A DNA stretch of 64,000 nucleotides from a virus. Lineage: Duplodnaviria > Caudoviricetes. The stretch lies in the IMG/VR virus record IMGVR_UViG_3300021399_000005, positions 102,805 to 166,804 of that record. One strand, 5' to 3'. The position numbers were made by a program, and so were the translations under genes. Each line of letters starts with the position of its first letter. The stretch's first letter is position 1. Below are positions 8,164 through 16,888 of this stretch, one piece after another. The notes beneath the pieces are model-generated. The model was not told where the DNA came from, did no database searches, and was given only the letters and a program-made list of their open reading frames with translations.

Positions 8164-8201
8164 AAGTCCCGTATGCCTACCAGTTACATCATTCTGACAT
8201 G

Positions 8202-8275
8202 TGGAGCGGGTGAGGGGAGTCGAACCCCCGTTATCAGCTTGGAGGGCTGAAGCTCTACCGTTAAACTACACCCGC
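8202..8275 (-). tRNA. tRNA-Gly(UCC), C33
   Basis: TCAGC-CC TCC AA-GCTGA; acceptor GCGGGTG/CACCCGC; U73; CCA. Confidence 0.9.
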
Positions 8276-8280
8276 AGATT

Positions 8281-8357
8281 TGGCACTCCTTACAAGACTT
8301 GAACTCGTAACCTCCTGGTTCGTAGCCAGGCACTCTATCCAGTTGAGCTAAAGGAGT
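8281..8357 (-). tRNA. tRNA-Arg(ACG)
   Basis: CCTGG-CT ACG AA-CCAGG; GCCA. Confidence 0.92.
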
Positions 8358-8576
8358 ACGCGTACCGTTGCAGTGATTAACGAGATGCTATGCGGTTTTC
8401 CTGGGTTTCTTTCTCGTTTGATTAAAGTAGCTACTCTTTAATCAAAAATAGTACCTTGCTTTGCCTTCTTATTATGCGTTTGCCACAAAGCCCTATACCT
8501 GAGAACTCTCAGTCGAGGGTAGTTGAGGTACCAAACCAATGTTAACGCACGTAGTTTATTGTCTATTGCGGACCAG

Positions 8577-8650
8577 CGGCTCGTGTAGGATTCGAACCTA
8601 CGACCTGGTGGTTAACAGCCACTCGCTCTACCGGGCTGAGCTAACGAGCC
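8577..8650 (-). tRNA. tRNA-Asn(GUU)
   Basis: GTGG-CT GTT AA-CCAC; G73. Confidence 0.92.
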
Positions 8651-8748
8651 ATATGTGAATGGTGGTTCTACTTCCTTTCGACAGCACCACCGAACCGAGA
8701 AGATCTTCCTAGGCGTAGCTGCAGTCTACGTTATCCTAAGAATGGAAG

Positions 8749-8822
8749 TCGGGATGGCACGATTCGAACGTGTGATCCCCTGGTCCCAGGCCAGGTGCTC
8801 TACCAAACTAAGCTACATCCCG
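8749..8822 (-). tRNA. tRNA-Pro(UGG), C33
   Basis: CCTGG-CC TGG GA-CCAGG; C1-G72, A73. Confidence 0.88.
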
Positions 8823-9087
8823 ATATTTAGAGGTGTAAATTCCACCGCAGTGAGGCATACACCATGCCCGTTTGCAAACTCTCATTTTTTACCCCTGTCT
8901 CGTCGGCTAAGCACTTGTAAAAAACGCTACGTCCCAGAGGAGTCTTTTTTAATTCTTTTTGAAGGAGTGAAGATCTGAGAAGGCAGTCTCTCCAAGTCAA
9001 ACAATTCCTAAAGTTTTAAGTCTTGAGGTCACTGTTTTTGTAAAGACTAAAGCAGTTTAAAGACATGGTTTAGGTCTATGATGGTAG

Positions 9088-9159
9088 CGTCCCCACGAGG
9101 AGTCGAACCTCGATTGTGGGTTTAGAAGACCCAGGTACTATCCATTGTACTATGGAGAC
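9088..9159 (-). tRNA. tRNA-Arg(UCU)
   Basis: TGGGT-CT TCT AA-ACCCA. Confidence 0.9.
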
Positions 9160-9164
9160 ATAAA

Positions 9165-9242
9165 TGGTTCCGGGGACAGGACTCGAACCTGCATCCGCAC
9201 AGCTTATGAAACTGGCCATCTGCCTTTGATATGTACCCCGGT
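9165..9242 (-). tRNA. tRNA-Met(CAU), A1xA72 mismatch
   Basis: CAGT-TT CAT AA-GCTG; CCA. Confidence 0.85.
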
Positions 9243-9247
9243 ATATT

Positions 9248-9323
9248 TGGTGACTCGTGGGCGATTTGAACGCCCGACCCTCTGATTAAAAGTCAGATGC
9301 TCTACCAACTGAGCTAACGAGTC
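9248..9323 (-). tRNA. tRNA-Lys(UUU)
   Basis: TCTGA-CT TTT AA-TCAGA; CCA. Confidence 0.93.
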
Positions 9324-9391
9324 ATACAGAGAACGCATTGAGCGTTCCAAGAAACTCTGTCTACATTAGTAGACGAGCTAATAACTAAATA

Positions 9392-9469
9392 TGGTCAGGG
9401 TGAGAGGATTTGAACCTCCGACCTCTCGGTTCCAAGCCGAGCCCTCTACCAAACTGAGTCTACACCCTG
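9392..9469 (-). tRNA. tRNA-Pro(UGG), second copy (U33, A37)
   Basis: CTCGG-CT TGG AA-CCGAG; CCA. Confidence 0.9.
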
Positions 9470-9472
9470 ATA

Positions 9473-9549
9473 TGGTTCCAGAGGTGGGACTCGAACCCAC
9501 ATCCGCACGGTTTATGAGACCGGCCATCTTCCTTTGATTGTACTCTGGT
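9473..9549 (-). tRNA. tRNA-Met(CAU), paralog of 9165-9242
   Basis: CGGT-CT CAT AA-ACCG; CCA. Confidence 0.85.
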
Positions 9550-9557
9550 ATTTAAAA

Positions 9558-9632
9558 TGGTGAGAATGACAGGATTTGAACCTGTGGTCTTTCGGTTATC
9601 AGCCGAATGCTTTACCACTAAGCTACACTCTC
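9558..9632 (-). tRNA. tRNA-Ile(GAU)
   Basis: TTCGG-CT GAT AA-CCGAA; CCA. Confidence 0.92.
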
Positions 9633-9691
9633 ATTAAGACAGGCTAATATTTTAAGTCGCAGCCTGGTTTAATCGACTACACAGGAGGGAA

Positions 9692-10075
9692 TTAAATTTT
9701 AACGTTTTCCTCATATTTTCGGATACACATATCGGCAATTAAATCAATATTTGCGATTGCTTGCATCCAACAATCAATTTTCTGAAGCTCTTCAATAGAG
9801 CGAGGGAACGGGTCTCCAACAGCAATTTCATACTGAACCCTAGACCACTCTTGCCACTGAATAACCTTGCCTAACTGGTCTGCAAACTCTTTACGAGTTT
9901 TAATTCTACCTTCAACATAATCTTTAGTTAACTCAACAGCATTTCTATATACATTAGTGTTATTAAATATATTGAACATTTCTGCCCGTTTCGCATTTAT
10001 ATTCCAATTAACAACATAAAACTCAAATCCTAAATCATTGGGATAACCATTTTTCTTAAGTTCTAATGACATCAT
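9692..10075 (-). CDS. Hypothetical phage protein
   Basis: 127-aa ORF, GAGGT SD. Confidence 0.75.
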   Translation of the reverse strand: MMSLELKKNGYPNDLGFEFYVVNWNINAKRAEMFNIFNNTNVYRNAVELTKDYVEGRIKTRKEFADQLGKVIQWQEWSRVQYEIAVGDPFPRSIEELQKIDCWMQAIANIDLIADMCIRKYEENVKI

Positions 10076-10083
10076 ATTTACCT

Positions 10084-10374
10084 CTATTCTATTGGCACTA
10101 AGTCCATAATTTGTCTTCCAGTCTTTAATAAAGTAAAGAAGTCATAGGGTTCAATATCTTCACCAGATAAACGAGAGCCGCATTCATGGAACTCCCAATA
10201 GCCATCCTCGTCCTTTTTGAATGACCCTATTTCCCACTTATATTGATAATCCCAATCCCATTGGCAAATTTCTAATCCATCTGCAAGAGTTCCTTCCCTA
10301 GTTCCTTTATTGGTAAGAAAAGTTTTCGTGCAGAGTTCTAAATGACCTAATTGTAATAACGTCATTTTTATCAC
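10084..10374 (-). CDS. Hypothetical phage protein
   Basis: 96-aa ORF with own sigma-A promoter and SD. Confidence 0.72.
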   Translation of the reverse strand: MIKMTLLQLGHLELCTKTFLTNKGTREGTLADGLEICQWDWDYQYKWEIGSFKKDEDGYWEFHECGSRLSGEDIEPYDFFTLLKTGRQIMDLVPIE

Positions 10375-10423
10375 CTTTCCCTTTTTACATTATTATTATA
10401 TCACAGAATTTTTAAAAAGTCAA

Positions 10424-10921
10424 CTACTTTTTTAAAATTTTGATAATTTCTTCTGCTTTCTCTTTTGTGAGACCCTTAGTGCGCCAATCGGTTTTTACTA
10501 GATGGTCATCAATATCAAATTTTGCATAATCTGCAAAATATTCATCATCAACAACAGCCCAAGAAGTTGGAGCTGGTTCTAAGGTATCTACAACATGGCG
10601 AATGCCACACCCTCTGCCAGTTACCATTCCATCATAGGTTTTGTCGGTAACTTTTAAACCAACAGAAGTAAATCTTTTATCAATCTCGTTAGCAAAAATA
10701 TCTTGATTCTCTTTATGAATCTTATACCACTCTGCTTTCCAAGTTGAAGTTAGCCAAATTTCTGCTCCAGTTTCATTAATAATGTACTTAAGGTTTTGAA
10801 GTTTATCTTCATCTATTCCCAGATATTTATCTCCAATTTCTGGGTCTGGTATTAAATAAGGAGTTGACGCATCACAGTTCAAAACTCCGTCAATGTCTAG
10901 AAATAAAAGTCTTCGAATCAT
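10424..10921 (-). CDS. HAD-family phosphatase (HAD_SAK_2 / Swiss-army-knife RNA-repair type)
   Basis: LLFLDIDGVLN motif I, LTSTWK, RGCGI, WAVVDD, GLT near C-terminus. Confidence 0.82.
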   Translation of the reverse strand: MIRRLLFLDIDGVLNCDASTPYLIPDPEIGDKYLGIDEDKLQNLKYIINETGAEIWLTSTWKAEWYKIHKENQDIFANEIDKRFTSVGLKVTDKTYDGMVTGRGCGIRHVVDTLEPAPTSWAVVDDEYFADYAKFDIDDHLVKTDWRTKGLTKEKAEEIIKILKK

Positions 10922-11247
10922 TTGCGCACCTCCAATTTAAAAAAATAAGCGGGGTAAAATTTTTAAAAATTAAATTTTACCCCATATTATCTAAGCTCTC
11001 TCTACATGGAGATTAAAAAAAGATGGAAAACGAGAGAGGGAAATTTATTTATACTGTCTCTTAGAAAAACAGTCTTGAACTATTAGTGAGAAGCCGATGT
11101 ACCACGTCAAGGTTGTTCAATGCTCATCGGTACCAGGTTTTCACAAAAGTTGACCAGACTTCCTACCCATTTAATGTGGCGGCAATCCCACGTTGACAAA
11201 GCCTGTTGATAGGGTTACTAACCTGGTTGGTCAGGTGCGTAAAAGTT

Positions 11248-11321
11248 GCCTCAGGGTTGGACTTGAACCAACGACCTCTAGGTTATCAGCCTAGCGCTCA
11301 TACCCTCTGAGCTACCCGAGG
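11248..11321 (-). tRNA. tRNA-Ile(GAU)-like element embedded in a longer stem
   Basis: CTAGG-CT GAT AA-CCTAG; no CCA; C73; flanked by TGCGTAAAAG/CTTTTACGCA inverted repeat. Confidence 0.8.
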
Positions 11322-11622
11322 CCTTTTACGCAAAATTTGAACTTTGTTCTAGAAGCGTTCTTCTCCTAGCCAGTCTTTATATCCACCATATGGCTATCAG
11401 GGGACAGAATTCTGATTTTATAAAAAGAGGTTTCAACAGAAGCTATCTGTTATTTTTCCCTTTTTACATTATTATTATATAATAATTTTTTAAATTTGTA
11501 AAGATGAGAAGTTTTCGGCGCAATGGTGTTCTGCGCAAACCGTTTATTGTCATTTCTTTTTCCTTTTCTCTTTTTACATATTAATTATATAATAATTTTT
11601 CTAATTATTCAAGTTGGAGATC

Positions 11623-12141
11623 TTAAGGCCATTCCCCAAGAGGAGTACCTAAAGATTTCCCTGGTGTAGCTTCAACGTCTGTACAGTAATATACATTAGG
11701 CAAATCTTTAAAAATAATTTTGGCAATGTCTTGATAAAGAGTGGAACATAATCCATTTACATCACCTAAAGAATCGTTAAAGTACTGAACGACTTTGTTT
11801 TTAAATACAACATATGTTAAATCAGAAGCAAAAATACCTCCAATAACCTGTAAATAAGAAAAAGCCTCGTTTCCATCAAAAGCATCTAAGAATAGATTGC
11901 CTTTTGATTCTACAACTCGATTAGATGGGATAATGTTAATATTAAGTGTAACACCGCCAAAACTAACCTCTGTTTCAAGTATTTTCATTAACGCGTCTGC
12001 TTTCACAGGATTATCAATATAAAGAGTGATAATATAATTATCTTCATCATAAATAATTCTTACCTCTTGATCATATTTAAACATTTCATAAATCTCATTA
12101 TACCAAGTTGCCCAAGGTGGTGATAAATTAAGTTTTGCCAT
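11623..12141 (-). CDS. Hypothetical phage protein
   Basis: Start MAKLNLSPPW after GGAGG SD. Confidence 0.78.
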   Translation of the reverse strand: MAKLNLSPPWATWYNEIYEMFKYDQEVRIIYDEDNYIITLYIDNPVKADALMKILETEVSFGGVTLNINIIPSNRVVESKGNLFLDAFDGNEAFSYLQVIGGIFASDLTYVVFKNKVVQYFNDSLGDVNGLCSTLYQDIAKIIFKDLPNVYYCTDVEATPGKSLGTPLGEWP

Positions 12142-12152
12142 TAAAAAACCTC

Positions 12153-12359
12153 CTATTTTTCTTTCCAGCAGAAAAACCAAGACCAGCTGCCAAAATCAAC
12201 CCAGTTTACACCATCTTTATCTTGCCAACAACGAGTATAAAAAACTTCATAGTCTTTGTTTTTTAAGTATGGAAACATAATTTCTTTCCAAGGGTCACCT
12301 TCACAATTTCCCATAAAAATCATTTTATCGTGTCCATCTGTTAAAAATACTTCTTTCAT
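12153..12359 (-). CDS. Hypothetical protein
   Basis: 68-aa ORF, operon spacing. Confidence 0.7.
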   Translation of the reverse strand: MKEVFLTDGHDKMIFMGNCEGDPWKEIMFPYLKNKDYEVFYTRCWQDKDGVNWVDFGSWSWFFCWKEK

Positions 12360-12372
12360 ATTCTTACCCCTC

Positions 12373-12876
12373 TCACCAATTTTGTTTTAAAACTAAGTTT
12401 CCACCTTTGCACTTTTTGCAAGTACAAGAATCTAAGTTTTTTAAAGTTTTACACATGCGTTGATAATGTGCAACTACTTTATCACAAGTAGGACAGTAAA
12501 CTTCATAGCGTGAACGCCCTTTAATGTCGGCGGTTTGGATATAGATACCACCGCTCGCGCAATCAATTTTTTCGCAGATAGCCTTAAAGACTTTGTCATG
12601 CCCATGATTTTCTTTTGTGGTTTTTGTAACGTAGTAATGCGCCCATTCGTGTTTGATAGTTTCAATTACATCTTCATCTTGGGCACGTTCCAAAAATGAT
12701 TTAGAAAATTCCATTTTTTGAACATAATATTCTTCAGTACTAGGTCTAAAGGTATACATAACTCTTCCAAGAGTACGAGATAAACGTCCATTTATGTAAA
12801 TTGGACATGTGAATTTATCGTTCATTGATTCAGAAATCTTTTTACATTCTTCTGTTAATCTTTCTACTGTCCACAT
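12373..12876 (-). CDS. SprT-like zinc metalloprotease with Zn-ribbon
   Basis: RLSRTLG, TIKHEWAH (HExxH), HGHDKVFK, CPTC..CKKC. Confidence 0.88.
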   Translation of the reverse strand: MWTVERLTEECKKISESMNDKFTCPIYINGRLSRTLGRVMYTFRPSTEEYYVQKMEFSKSFLERAQDEDVIETIKHEWAHYYVTKTTKENHGHDKVFKAICEKIDCASGGIYIQTADIKGRSRYEVYCPTCDKVVAHYQRMCKTLKNLDSCTCKKCKGGNLVLKQNW

Positions 12877-12937
12877 ATCAAGGCTTTCCTTTCTTTTTAC
12901 ATTATTATTATATCACAAAAAAAATAAAAAGTCAATA

Positions 12938-15304
12938 TTAACTTCAATAAAAAATGTCTAAAAGGTCATCTTGAACTGAAAGTGGTTGTTGTTCATCTGC
13001 TGCTACATTAGCAATAAACCCTAAAGCATGAGTTCCTCTTTTATCAGACAAACCAGAAATACTCTTTCATGCTCATTGTCCATTAGTAGCTCCTCAAGCG
13101 GCTTCTTTTACAGTTAAACCATTTTTTAAGTCTGTTAAATCTAACAAAAATACCTTTAATGTATGTCTTGTTCTTAGTCTTAAATTAAAAGTATTTCCTT
13201 CTACTGGGAACCACATCGAAACTAAGGCAGGGTCAAAATCAGTATTTTTTGAATTTAGTCTATAATGAAGTGGAACCATTCTTGCGGTAAGTTTATTTTG
13301 TGCGGCGGAACTGGTTTCGTAAGCTACAGAAGCAGGAATTATTGGTTCTGTAACACCATTTCCTGAAGTAGAAGAAGCTTCAATTGTTGATTTTATAATA
13401 TAATCAACACAATTATTAACGTTTGTTTTTAAATTATAAAGACTGTTTGGTCCTAGATGAGGCAAGTGAACAGGGCCAGCCCCAGTAGTTTTAAAGAGAA
13501 TTTCTTTTACATCATCTGTGATAAAGCGACTAACAGAAAGGCTGAAATCTTTTGTCACATAGTATCCGTATGAACCGTGGTTTGGACTGTTGAAATCTCC
13601 AAGAAGTAAATCTCTTGTCTGGTATTGATGTGTAATAGTGTCAAAAGAAAAGCCGAATCTTAAAGGAAGTGGACAAGCATTTTCTTTTTTTGGATTCGGG
13701 CCTTCAAAATGCAAAATTCTATCCAATAAGAAAAATACATTGTTAATTTTACAATAGTAAGAAGAAAAATATTTTCCTTTTAAATTTTGAATATTAATAC
13801 CTCAAGCTTTTGAACCGCAAGAAACAGTAATTGCACCAAATGGAACATAGCTAGCATCTACCCCTTCTTCACAAGGAGTGTAAGAAACAGTTGATCATGG
13901 TGTTTTAGTTCCATCTCTTGTTAAAGCTGCATTTCCACCATCAACAGAAAGATTTTCAATTGAGACAGAAGAAACGTCACATCCTTCATCAAATAAAATA
14001 CAAGAGCCAATAATATTTTTAAAAAACAAAGAAGAAAAATGTAAGTTCTCACTTGGGTCTGTTACATTTGAACTTAATCCACTGGTATCTAGAATCAACT
14101 CTTTACCAAATACTAATGCAGCTTCACGTAATCACTGATCATTTCGGGTACCTTGAGGATATTCTCCAACACGAGAGTCTAAACAATAACCATATTGGAA
14201 TTTTAAACTAGAAAAATACGAATTTACACAAGAGGCCAAACGCAATCCTTCTCTTTGGAATCCTTTAAAAGTTAAGTTTTCAAAATTTCCATTTTTAACC
14301 CTTACAAGAGATAAAAGCGTTTTTAAAGGTGTAGCTTGCGCACTTAGCGGCACACTATCATTAACCAATTCCTCATTAAGGCCACTGGTAAAAGTTAAAT
14401 TTCTTAAACTAATATTTGAAAAATACGCATTTGCAGAACTTTCTAAACTTGAACCAACACCTCAAAGGAATTGGTCATCGTCAGTTTCTTTTTCGTAAGC
14501 AATAACAGTTCCAAGAGTTCTATTGGTAATGTCTAAATTTTGTCCTACTCCTTCGATAGTGATATTTTCTCCATTTAAAATTGTTGGATGGAAATAAAAT
14601 CTGCCGTTTCCGAATTGGAGGGTGATATTACCTTCTGCGCAAACTCTTGACAAAATTTTTGTATTATTCTCTGCTGCGCTACGGTCATTTGCTTTTCCTC
14701 CTAGTTGTAAAAAATTAAGATGGTCATCATGAATTAATACCATACAATTTTCATTTTCTGCTAACTGATGAACAAATATTCCATCAACTACAACATTAGT
14801 AGGGGGAGATACATAATAAATAGCTGAGCCACCATCATTAATATTATACCTGCCTAAAGTAATTATGTAGCTTCCAGCAAGAAGTTCTTTTTCTTTTTCT
14901 TGTGTCACTTCTTCACTACCTGGATTATAAACATTTAAAACTTCTTCAAAAGTAGGGAAAATTTTTACTGCACCAGAAGCCATAGTTTCTAAGGAGCTTT
15001 GAAAGCCTTCTACAGCTCCTTTTAAGCTTTCGAATGTGCTTGATATTTTTTGCATTTGAGTATTTACTATACTAGTAATTTGAATTATATCTACTTTTCC
15101 CTGTTCTTTTAAAGTATATAAAAATAATTGTCCATCATCAATAACAAAAGCAGAATTATTTATTGTTATTGCTTCCTGTTGTACAGCAGTATTGAAAGCT
15201 TCTTTTGATTGAAATAGGACAATTCTATAATCATCTTCTTGAAGGACGGGTTTAAAAGCAAGTTCTTTTCCGTCTATATATATTTTCGAAATACTACCAC
15301 TCAT
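12938..15304 (-). CDS. Tailspike/depolymerase-like beta-helix protein (788 aa, 8 in-frame TGA=Trp)
   Basis: Four ORF-track fragments share one frame, separated only by TGA; ITLGRYNINDGGSAIY, NFLQLGGKAND, LQFGNGRFYF resemble pectate-lyase-3-type spikes; ends TAA. Confidence 0.8.
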
Positions 15305-15365
15305 GATATTTTTTCGTCTCCTTTCTTGTTTTAAACAAATAAAAAAAGAGCAAGAGAGATTAATC

Positions 15366-15671
15366 TCAAATGCCCAATTTTTCCATCAGCATTTCAATGG
15401 TTTCTTGCTCTTCTGGAGAAATCATTTTTTCTTCTTTTGGCTTTGCTGGCGGAAAGCCCTCCCAAGGGGTTTCCTCAACTGGTTTCGCTGCTTGGATTTC
15501 AACCTTCGGACAAGTCAGCGCAATTGCAATCTGAACTTTTTCTCCCCCATCATCAGCCCAAACATACAATTTCTTTGACTCTTCCCCCACAAAATTGGTG
15601 CCAAAAGCTTCTTTAATAATTTTCGTTACGTTTTCTTTTGCTATCGATCCTCGCATAAATCCTCCCAACAT
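15366..15671 (-). CDS. Hypothetical phage protein
   Basis: About 96-101 aa ORF, SD GGAGG. Confidence 0.75.
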   Translation of the reverse strand: MLGGFMRGSIAKENVTKIIKEAFGTNFVGEESKKLYVWADDGGEKVQIAIALTCPKVEIQAAKPVEETPWEGFPPAKPKEEKMISPEEQETIEMLMEKLGI

Positions 15672-16888
15672 TCTCTACAATAATCGTTTATTCCATCTTT
15701 ATCATGATAAATAGTTACTTCATCTGAAAACATTGTGTTGCAGCAATCACAAATCCAAGTATAGTTATTAGTACAGTTGTAACAATAATCTTGCGCATCC
15801 CCGTTTTCATCAATTACAAGGCTAGTGTCTTCACGTGAGGAAATATCTCCACAAGAGCTGCAAAGACAATATTCATCATGGTTAAATAATTCATAATTTC
15901 TAATACATTCATCGCAGAAGAAAGAATCTTCTCTATAAATATCATCTCCGCACATTAGGCATGGAGTTGGACCGCCTAAGACAATAGGTTTAGGTTTTTT
16001 ATCCAACGGCATTCTCGTATGGATAGGATGCGGATAATAAGGGGATCTGCGCAAATCGTTATAAAGAAGGGCACTTTCGTGAGTTTTGAAGTACTTAGTC
16101 TTGTCTATAAGATCGTCACACCAGTCCTCGCGCAATCCCTTAAATAATTCCTTAGCTTTTTCTTCTACTATTGCTAAAAGATCGGGGCACTCAAAAGGAT
16201 ATTGTCTATTAATAACTGCAAAGTCCCCATCTTCATTAATATGAAACAAAACTCTCCAAGTTTTTGCGTACCAAGGAGTTCCATAGTTTGTCATGGTTGG
16301 TTCTTTTGAAGATAAATAACAAACAATAGTAGAATTATCTGTCATATAGGAAATATTCCCCGCTCTGTAATCTCCGTTTAAAGAATGGCAAGAATGGAAA
16401 GGTTCACTAATAGTTAAATAATCTAAAGGATGAACTGAAAAAGTTAAATATCCTTCAGTTTTTCCGTTTTGGATAAAAGTAGAAGCTTTCTGTTGGACTA
16501 AATCTAGAGAACGAGGATCGTCGATTACGTATTTTAAAGCCTTAGTAACTTTCATTCCCTTTAGATTTGGATGGCTGCGCCAGCTTTCAATAGAACAGAA
16601 GTTTGAACCTCTATTCAAATTTAGAAAGTCGTAAACATCCATTGCGGTGTCTCGGTCTATGAGGGATGCCGAATCATATCTCGCCCATTCTATCATTTTA
16701 TCCTGCCAAATTTTAGCTGGAGCGTCAATTTTTATATACTCTGGGAAAGTTATCCGTAATTTTCCGCCAAGTAATTTTTGCTTACGTTCTGCGCAAATAT
16801 CAATTAACTCTTGGATATACCCAAGAGAAGGCGAATTACCTCCTAGCTCTTGAGAATTAATTATGAGGGTTTCAAATTCTTCTCTCAT
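15641..16888 (-). CDS. Hypothetical protein with C-terminal multi-CxxC Zn-binding region
   Basis: 415 aa; repeated CxxC pairs in the last 100 aa. Confidence 0.8.
   Translation of the reverse strand: MREEFETLIINSQELGGNSPSLGYIQELIDICAERKQKLLGGKLRITFPEYIKIDAPAKIWQDKMIEWARYDSASLIDRDTAMDVYDFLNLNRGSNFCSIESWRSHPNLKGMKVTKALKYVIDDPRSLDLVQQKASTFIQNGKTEGYLTFSVHPLDYLTISEPFHSCHSLNGDYRAGNISYMTDNSTIVCYLSSKEPTMTNYGTPWYAKTWRVLFHINEDGDFAVINRQYPFECPDLLAIVEEKAKELFKGLREDWCDDLIDKTKYFKTHESALLYNDLRRSPYYPHPIHTRMPLDKKPKPIVLGGPTPCLMCGDDIYREDSFFCDECIRNYELFNHDEYCLCSSCGDISSREDTSLVIDENGDAQDYCYNCTNNYTWICDCCNTMFSDEVTIYHDKDGINDYCRECWEDLCEDR

Larger units (their letters stand above)
7343..8198 (-). tRNA. tRNA-Leu(UAA) split by group I intron (exons 8164-8198 and 7343-7392)
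   Basis: Joining gives CGGGA-CT T^AA AA-TCCCG, variable arm, GCGGG-TTCGAGT-CCCGC, acceptor GTCAGAA/TTCTGAC. Confidence 0.9.

Noticed and set aside
1067-8978. ORF-track entries overlapping tRNAs (e.g. 1067-1264, 2341-2574, 2973-3254, 7256-7453, 8655-8978)
   Set aside because: They overlap or run antisense to tRNA genes and lack SD sequences; spurious.
760-9632. HDV-like theta ribozymes or hammerheads at tRNA 3' ends
   Set aside because: No convincing P1-P4 topology with catalytic C, or CUGAnGA/GAAA core, was found by eye; a motif search is still advisable.
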